Source: an uncultured Spirochaetota bacterium | GTDB lineage: Bacteria > Spirochaetota > Spirochaetia > SZUA-6 > Fen-1364 | Length of the DNA: 64,000 nucleotides | Direction of reading: 5' to 3' | NCBI GenBank assembly: GCA_963820525.1 | Contig: CAWGAA010000001.1 | Coordinates: forward strand, 2,688,001-2,752,000 | Shown: positions 58,162 to 64,000 of the stretch, one piece after another | Layout of the letters: every line of letters begins with the position of its first letter | How positions within the stretch are numbered: position 1 is the first letter of the stretch | Position numbers and translations under genes: made by a program | The notes under the pieces: generated by a model | Databases searched by the model: none | The model's input: only the letters and a program-made list of their open reading frames with translations | What the model was told of the DNA's origin: nothing

Positions 58162-58980
58162 CTAGACAAAAAGGAGAAAGAGCAGCCCCGCTGCCGCCGC
58201 CGCTGCAGCGGTGCTCGCCAGGTTTACGGCGTCGTTGGTAATGAAAGCAAATCCACGGACAAGCCTGTTGGCCACGCCTGCGCTCTTGCTCTTCTCCGTG
58301 AGCGCGCCCCCCTCGGCTGAGAGATACTGGGCCTGGATCGTGGCGCCGAGGAGGCTGTCTATGAGGCACCCGAAGAAGCCTGAAGCGGCAATCGGCAGGA
58401 AAAGCGCTGCAAATCGGGCGGGCACGAGGTCAGCGGCAAGATTTCCTGCCGCGAAGACAAAGGCAATGAAGAGGGCCCCGAAAAAAGCTGATGAGAATCC
58501 CAGGAGGCTTACCCCTCCCGAGATGCCGCGCGCCACCCTTTTCATTGTAATGATCGAAACCGGAGGCTTTTCCGCCAGAACCCCCAACTCTCCCGCCCAG
58601 GTGTCCGCGTTGGCGGCGGCAAGTGAAGCGACAAAGCAGACCGCCCATACGGGCCGGCCGGTTATTCTGAACAGAATGGCGCAGGTAGTGCCCACCCCTC
58701 CGTTGGCCAACACCTGAAGATAGTCGCGGCGCGAGCCTTTTTCCTGGATCTGCTCAAGCGCCTCTTTCTCGATTTTTCTATACAGGCTCATGCCCGTGGA
58801 GGAGAGAAAGAACGCGATCAGCACTGCCCAAAAGAGAAACCCGCCGGAGGCGAAGATGAGCGCGCCCACGAGCGTTCCAGCCGCTGCCCCGCCGGCGTCC
58901 ACCGCGCCGCGGCGCATTGCCAAGATTGCCGCGGCGGCATTGAGGAGAAGCCCGATGGCGAAAAGCAGCGGCACGCTCAT
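58162..58980 (-). CDS. DUF92/TMEM19-family membrane protein (VTE6 phytyl-phosphate kinase-like)
   Basis: RDYLQVLANG, ADTWAGELG, GISGGVS..G, DSLLGATIQ, NDAVN. Confidence 0.92.
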   Translation of the reverse strand: MSVPLLFAIGLLLNAAAAILAMRRGAVDAGGAAAGTLVGALIFASGGFLFWAVLIAFFLSSTGMSLYRKIEKEALEQIQEKGSRRDYLQVLANGGVGTTCAILFRITGRPVWAVCFVASLAAANADTWAGELGVLAEKPPVSIITMKRVARGISGGVSLLGFSSAFFGALFIAFVFAAGNLAADLVPARFAALFLPIAASGFFGCLIDSLLGATIQAQYLSAEGGALTEKSKSAGVANRLVRGFAFITNDAVNLASTAAAAAAAGLLFLLFV

Positions 58981-59663
58981 GGGAAGAGCGCCCATGAGAA
59001 AAACGCCGTGGCGAGAGGGACCGTGAGATTATCGAGCCTGAAGGGCGTGAAAAGCTCTACGATCGATGCGACGGAGGCGATCAAGGCCGCGTGCCCCGCC
59101 GCCGCGGCCGGGCTCGGGGAGCAAGGGTTTGCCAGAAAGTCGAAGGCGAATGCGACGGCAAAGGAAGCCGCGAACATGGCGCCGGAACCGGCCAGGGTCT
59201 TTCGCGTCCCGGGGATTCTCGGGCTGCGCACCGCGAGGCTTTCGCCCACAAGAGCCGCGAGACCGTCGCCCCAGCCCATGATGAGCACGGCCAGCCCGCC
59301 TATCCAGAACGGCATGATCCTGCTCCAGCAGAGGATCACCAGGAGGAGCAGGGATATGGGGAACCAGATGGTGCCCCAGTCGCGGCGTCCGGCTGAGGGC
59401 GCCATGGCGGGGAGGAGATTGAAGCGCAAGGCAAGGGAGTTTATCAGGATAAAGCTCGCGGGGCCTATCGCGGCGAACAGAGGGCTGTCGAACATCGCCA
59501 TTGCGAGGAGCCACCAGTTGCTCACCCCGATGTGGATGATCTTCCGCGAGGAGGACGCGCTGATGAGGCCTCCCCGAAGAAGGAGCGTGCACAGCGCAAT
59601 GACGAGAGAGACAAACAGATACGACGCGGCGAGCCCGATCCAGTTCAGCGCGTGTTTCGACAT
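58977..59663 (-). CDS. Phytol/dolichol (polyprenol) kinase-like, CTP-dependent (VTE5-like)
   Basis: SRKIIHI, GWGDGLAALVG, KTLAGS, DNLTVPL. Confidence 0.88.
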   Translation of the reverse strand: MSKHALNWIGLAASYLFVSLVIALCTLLLRGGLISASSSRKIIHIGVSNWWLLAMAMFDSPLFAAIGPASFILINSLALRFNLLPAMAPSAGRRDWGTIWFPISLLLLVILCWSRIMPFWIGGLAVLIMGWGDGLAALVGESLAVRSPRIPGTRKTLAGSGAMFAASFAVAFAFDFLANPCSPSPAAAAGHAALIASVASIVELFTPFRLDNLTVPLATAFFSWALFP

Positions 59664-59796
59664 CGAGCCAATACTAACGATATTCGAAGGGTTGGTTCAA
59701 TCCGAGGGAGGGATTGCGCGGGCAAAGCACCACGGCGGCCGGGCGCGGGCCGCTACACGCCCCGCCCTCCCTGTGCTATAGTTCGCTCCTAGGAGT

Positions 59797-60927
59797 ATGG
59801 CCAGAGAACGTGATCCCGTGAAAAATGCCCGCCGCATCGTCATCAAGGTCGGAACGCGAGTTGCGACCCGCGGGGACAATGCGTTTTCCTCCGACGTCGT
59901 CGGCCCCCTGGTGCGCCAGATCGCGGCCCTGGGAGGGGAGAAGCGGTCATTCATCATCGTGAGCTCGGGAGCCATCGCCCTGGGCCTGAACCGCATGGGC
60001 CTCGATTCGCGGCCCACCGACATCAGCCTCCTCCAGGCGGCCGCCGCAATGGGCCAGAGCAGGCTGATGCACGCCTACGAGAAGGAGTTCGAAGCGATCC
60101 AGCGGGAGACGGCCCAGATCCTTCTCACCTATGAAGACATCAGGAACAGGGGCAAGTACCTCAACATCCGGAACACGATCTTCACCCTCTGGTCCTACGG
60201 CGTGGTGCCCATCGTCAACGAGAACGACACGGTCTCCTTCGCGGAGATCCGCTTCGGAGACAATGACGTCATTTCGGCGCACCTGGCGAGCATGCTCGAC
60301 GCGGATCTTCTGGTGGTGCTTACCGATACCGACGGCGTCTATGACCGGAACCCCAAGATCCATGCCGACGCCCGGCCCGTGAGGACCGTGGAACGGGTGA
60401 CGGAGAAGATCCTCGCCGCGGCCGACGGGAAGGGCTCGGTCTTCTCCACGGGCGGCATGGAGTCCAAAATCCGCGCCGCCGATATCGCCACGCGAAGCGG
60501 AGTGGCGGTGATCATCGCCAGGGGGGAAGACCTGGATCTGGGTCTGCTCCTCGGCGGCGGGGAGGTCGGCACCTATTTTGTTCCCGCCCAGCGCAGGATG
60601 AAGGGCAAGAAGAAATGGATGGCCTTCAATCCTCAGACCGAGGGGGCCATCATTGTGGACGGGGGAGCCGAAAAAGCCATTCTCCAGCACGGCCGCTCCC
60701 TCCTGCCCGCGGGGGTGAAGGACGCCAGGGGAAGCTTCCACATGGGCAGCATGGTCTCCATCCAGAGCGAAAGCGGGAGGGAGATAGCGCGGGGGCTCGT
60801 CAATTTCTCCAGCGAGGAGATGCTGAAGATCCGGGGGCTCAATTCGCGGAAGATCCCCGAGGTGCTCGGCGTGGAGGCCTCCTTCCAGGAGGTGGTCCAC
60901 CGCGATAACCTCGTGATCGTCGTCTAA
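59797..60927 (+). CDS. proB: Glutamate 5-kinase (with PUA domain)
   Basis: VIKVGT, VSSGAI, NENDTV, FGDND, TGGMESKI, PUA domain. Confidence 0.97.
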   Translation: MARERDPVKNARRIVIKVGTRVATRGDNAFSSDVVGPLVRQIAALGGEKRSFIIVSSGAIALGLNRMGLDSRPTDISLLQAAAAMGQSRLMHAYEKEFEAIQRETAQILLTYEDIRNRGKYLNIRNTIFTLWSYGVVPIVNENDTVSFAEIRFGDNDVISAHLASMLDADLLVVLTDTDGVYDRNPKIHADARPVRTVERVTEKILAAADGKGSVFSTGGMESKIRAADIATRSGVAVIIARGEDLDLGLLLGGGEVGTYFVPAQRRMKGKKKWMAFNPQTEGAIIVDGGAEKAILQHGRSLLPAGVKDARGSFHMGSMVSIQSESGREIARGLVNFSSEEMLKIRGLNSRKIPEVLGVEASFQEVVHRDNLVIVV

Positions 60928-60941
60928 CAGGAGCTTGAGAA

Positions 60942-62189
60942 ATGGAGATCCGGCAGTACATAGAATCCATGGCGCGTTCTGCGAAGAAGGCATCGATCTC
61001 GCTTCGCGCACTGAAGGCAGAGGCGAAGAACGCGGCGCTCCTTCGCATTGCGGAGCTCATCGGCAAGGGTCGATCCACGATCACGGCTTCCAACGCCATG
61101 GACCTGGAGCGCGGAAAGCAGGGGGGGCTGTCTGCGGCTCTCCTGGACAGGCTCGCCCTTACCGACAAGCGCATCGACGACCTACAGAAATCTCTGGCCG
61201 AGATCGCTCAGTTCGAGGATCCGGTGGGAGAGATCGTCGGCGTGAGGCGTCCCCAGGGCTTCGTGCTGGAAAAGGTTCGCACTCCGCTCGGGGTTGTTGC
61301 CATGATCTACGAGTCGCGTCCCAACGTGACGGTGGACGCGGCGGCCCTGTGCTTGAAGGCGGGAAACGCGGCGATCCTTCGCGGTGGAAGCGAAGCGCTG
61401 GAGAGCAACAAGGCCCTGGCCGCCATTATTCGGGAAGGCCTTGTCAAATCGGGACTCGATCCCGCGGCCGTGCAGCTCATCGAGCGCAAGGAGTACGAGG
61501 CGATCGATGTGCTGGTGAAGCAGTCCGGCCTGGTGGACCTCGTGATCCCTCGCGGCGGGGAGGCGCTGATCCGCAGGGTCACGGAGCAGGCCACGGTGCC
61601 GGTGATCAAGCACTCCAAGGGGGTCTGTCACCTCTATGTGGACGAGACGGCGGATCTCGAGATGGCGGTGAAGCTCGTCGTCAACGCCAAGATCCAGCGG
61701 CCATCCACCTGCAATGCACTGGAGAAGGTCCTCGTCCACGAGTCTGTTGCCGCACGATTCCTGCCGCAGCTCGCCCAGGGCATGCCCCAGGTTGAGCTTC
61801 GCGGAGACGACAAGGCCTGCGCCATCCTTCCCGGCATCGCGCGCGCAACGGAGCAGGACTGGTACGCCGAATACCTGGACCTCATTCTTGCCGTACGGAT
61901 CGTCTCAGGAGTGGATGAAGCCGCCGCCCACATCGAAACCTACGGATCCAGCCACACCGACGGGATCATCTCGCGCAGCCACCAGAACATCGAGCGCTTC
62001 GTGAGCGTGGTGGATTCCTCCGTTGTCACGGTGAATGCCTCGACACGCCTGGCGGACGGCGGGATCTTCGGCCTGGGAGCGGAGATCGGGATCAGCACGG
62101 ACAAGCTGCATGCCCGCGGTCCCATGGGCGTCAAGGAGCTCACGACGTTCAAATGGATAATTCGCGGAAACGGCGACCTTCGCGCATAG
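60942..62189 (+). CDS. proA: Gamma-glutamyl phosphate reductase
   Basis: YESRPNVT, IPRGG, CNALE, EIGIST.KLHARGPMG. Confidence 0.97.
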   Translation: MEIRQYIESMARSAKKASISLRALKAEAKNAALLRIAELIGKGRSTITASNAMDLERGKQGGLSAALLDRLALTDKRIDDLQKSLAEIAQFEDPVGEIVGVRRPQGFVLEKVRTPLGVVAMIYESRPNVTVDAAALCLKAGNAAILRGGSEALESNKALAAIIREGLVKSGLDPAAVQLIERKEYEAIDVLVKQSGLVDLVIPRGGEALIRRVTEQATVPVIKHSKGVCHLYVDETADLEMAVKLVVNAKIQRPSTCNALEKVLVHESVAARFLPQLAQGMPQVELRGDDKACAILPGIARATEQDWYAEYLDLILAVRIVSGVDEAAAHIETYGSSHTDGIISRSHQNIERFVSVVDSSVVTVNASTRLADGGIFGLGAEIGISTDKLHARGPMGVKELTTFKWIIRGNGDLRA

Positions 62190-62242
62190 CCCGCCACTTC
62201 GCTTAAGGCGAGCATTCATGCCCACCAAGGAAAGGAACGTTT

Positions 62243-63778
62243 ATGGAAAAAGCGCGGATCATGATAGTCGAGGACGAGGGCCTCGTCGCCCTTCAAATCA
62301 AGGAAACACTCGAAAACCTGGGCTACCAGGTTCCAGCGATTGCCCTCTCCGGCGAAGAGGCCGTGGCGAAGATCTCGGGCTCAGAGCCGGATCTCGTGCT
62401 CATGGACATCCAGCTCAAGGGGGAGATCAACGGCATCCAGGCGGCCAAGAGGATCCATGGCGCCCTCGAGGTCCCGGTTGTCTTCCTCACCGCCTATTCT
62501 GACGCGGAGACCCTCCAGATGGCGGAGCTTACGGATCCCTACGGCTACATCCTGAAGCCATTCGACGAGCGCTCTCTCCATGCCGTGATCCAGATGGCCC
62601 TCCTCAAGAGCCGCAGGGTGCGGGTTTCTCAGGAGCGCGGGATGTGGGTGTCCGCCATCCCCTCCAGCCTGAGCGAAGCCGTGGTCATTTCGGATACCAA
62701 GGGCCAGGTGAAGTTCGTCAACAGCGCGGCCGAGTCCCTGCTGGGCATCCAGAAGGAGCAGGTCTTCGACAAGAGGCTCTACGACGTGCTCACGCTCGTT
62801 GATGCCGCCAGCCGCCAGACCGTCCGGATCCCCGTTTCGGAGCCGCTCATGGAAGGGCGCAGCGTAATCAAGAGCCTGCACCTTCTGGCTGCGGACGGGA
62901 CGGAGATTCCCGTCGAGTTCAGCGCCTCTCCCCTTCGCGGAATGGAGGGAACGCTCTTCGGCATCCTCTACGTCTTCCGCCAGACCACGGAGCGGGAAAG
63001 GATCCAGAGCCTCGTCCTCCACGAGCTGGAGGAGCTGTCCAAGATGCAGAAAAGCATCCTTCCTCCGCGCGACAGCGTGATCGACGGCATTCGTTTCGAC
63101 TATGCGTACCACCCCACGGCGTTCGGCGGCGGCGACACGCTGGGCTTCTTCCCCATTGGAGAATCTCAGGTTGCATTCTATGCGCTCGACGTGATCGAGC
63201 AGGGGGTTCTCTCCGCCCTCTTTTCCCTGGTTTTACGCAATTTCCTCTCCCCCGATGCCGAGCGTGGGGGGATGTTGATCAACATACGGGCCCAGAACCC
63301 CGATCGCCTCGTCCTTTCTCCCCAAGAGGTGGCGCGGGAGCTCTCCAAGCGCTTCTATCTCGGGGGCGATACCAATCCCTACTTCACCCTTGCCTACGGA
63401 ATCCTCGATCCGCGAAGCGGCGTGGGAAAGATCGTCCGGGCAGGATACCCTCCTCCTCTTCTCTTGAAGAAGGGTCGGGTAAAGACGATAAAGCCCGAAG
63501 GCTATGCTATCGGCCTTTTCCCCGAGATGGACATGCCCGTGGAGGAGTTCCGCCTGGAGAAGGGGGAACGGCTGATCCTGACCTCGGACGGCCTCATCGA
63601 TTGCACGAATCCGAGCGGCGCACGATTCACGGCCAAGAGGGCTATCGAAGCGATGCAGGAGAACAAGGGAAAGACCCTGCGGGAGGCCGTCGATGCCGTG
63701 GACACGGCCGTGCTGTCATGGCGGACCTCGGACAGATTCGACGACGACGTATCTCTTTTGGCCCTGGAAAAAGAGTAG
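62243..63778 (+). CDS. Response regulator-PAS-PP2C (SpoIIE/RsbU-like) phosphatase
   Basis: REC (IVEDE, LMDI, KP), PAS, GGD, YFT, AGYPP, SDG, DDVS. Confidence 0.9.
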   Translation: MEKARIMIVEDEGLVALQIKETLENLGYQVPAIALSGEEAVAKISGSEPDLVLMDIQLKGEINGIQAAKRIHGALEVPVVFLTAYSDAETLQMAELTDPYGYILKPFDERSLHAVIQMALLKSRRVRVSQERGMWVSAIPSSLSEAVVISDTKGQVKFVNSAAESLLGIQKEQVFDKRLYDVLTLVDAASRQTVRIPVSEPLMEGRSVIKSLHLLAADGTEIPVEFSASPLRGMEGTLFGILYVFRQTTERERIQSLVLHELEELSKMQKSILPPRDSVIDGIRFDYAYHPTAFGGGDTLGFFPIGESQVAFYALDVIEQGVLSALFSLVLRNFLSPDAERGGMLINIRAQNPDRLVLSPQEVARELSKRFYLGGDTNPYFTLAYGILDPRSGVGKIVRAGYPPPLLLKKGRVKTIKPEGYAIGLFPEMDMPVEEFRLEKGERLILTSDGLIDCTNPSGARFTAKRAIEAMQENKGKTLREAVDAVDTAVLSWRTSDRFDDDVSLLALEKE

Positions 63779-63931
63779 GTCCCTGCGACGCGCGCGGGCA
63801 AGCCGCGCAGGGCGGGCGCCGGCCTTATGCCCTCCCTGGCTTTGGCCGGCTGCCGGCGTCCGTGCCTCCGCCTGCGCGGCGTTTGCCTCGCTTCGTTCGG
63901 CAAGCCGCCGCTGACCTACGCCCTCCCTGGC
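63775..63931. repeat. GTAG-bounded palindromic REP/MITE-like element
   Basis: GTAGGTC (63775-63781) / GACCTAC (63913-63919) inverted ends; internal hairpins; GCCCTCCCTGGC twice. Confidence 0.65.
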
Positions 63932-63999
63932 TTGGAGAAGGTGAGCGTGAAGCGCGTGCCGCCCGTGCGGTCCAGCTCCAGCTTTCCCCGGAGCTGGCT
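63916..63999 (-). CDS. 3' end of a sensor histidine kinase (HATPase, HisKA_2/HWE-like) running off the window
   Basis: SQLRGKLELDRTGGTRFTLTFSKPGRA*. Confidence 0.7.
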   Translation of the reverse strand, partial: SQLRGKLELDRTGGTRFTLTFSKPGRA

Positions 64000-64000
64000 T

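Overview
This is a GC-rich bacterial chromosomal window. It is probably from a spirochaete (inference: the MCP hairpin tip reads 'LLSMNAAIEAAHAG', the His variant typical of Spirochaetota chemoreceptors). Most of it is housekeeping and metabolism: a tandem (double) UvrA, aroC, fabH/fabD-fabG-fabF, metE plus a YitJ-like HMT/MTHFR, proBA, a three-gene FAD-dependent glycerol-3-phosphate-dehydrogenase-like module, several signalling proteins, tRNA-Leu(CAA) and tRNA-Ile2(CAT). Structure not shown by the ORF track: (1) two stacked integrase-less islets at the 3' end of tRNA-Leu, marked by two different partial tRNA copies (53130-53146 and 55595-55643); (2) an unannotated ~110-nt structured transcript (or 26-aa sORF) with a near-consensus promoter and an intrinsic terminator at 52957-53064; (3) dispersed GC hairpins with ANGGAN loops (CsrA/Rsm-type sites), including an in-frame tandem insertion in uvrA; (4) an operon with a sensor-less MCP, two V4R proteins lacking the canonical C-terminal cysteines and a DUF523/DUF1722 protein; (5) a WYL regulator with a PafBC-like -26/-10 promoter in front of a GyrI-like gene; (6) many apparently leaderless promoters; (7) an apparent ACG start codon; (8) a matrixin pseudogene and several single-base frameshifts that may be sequencing errors. 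All family assignments come from motif recognition by eye; no searches were run.
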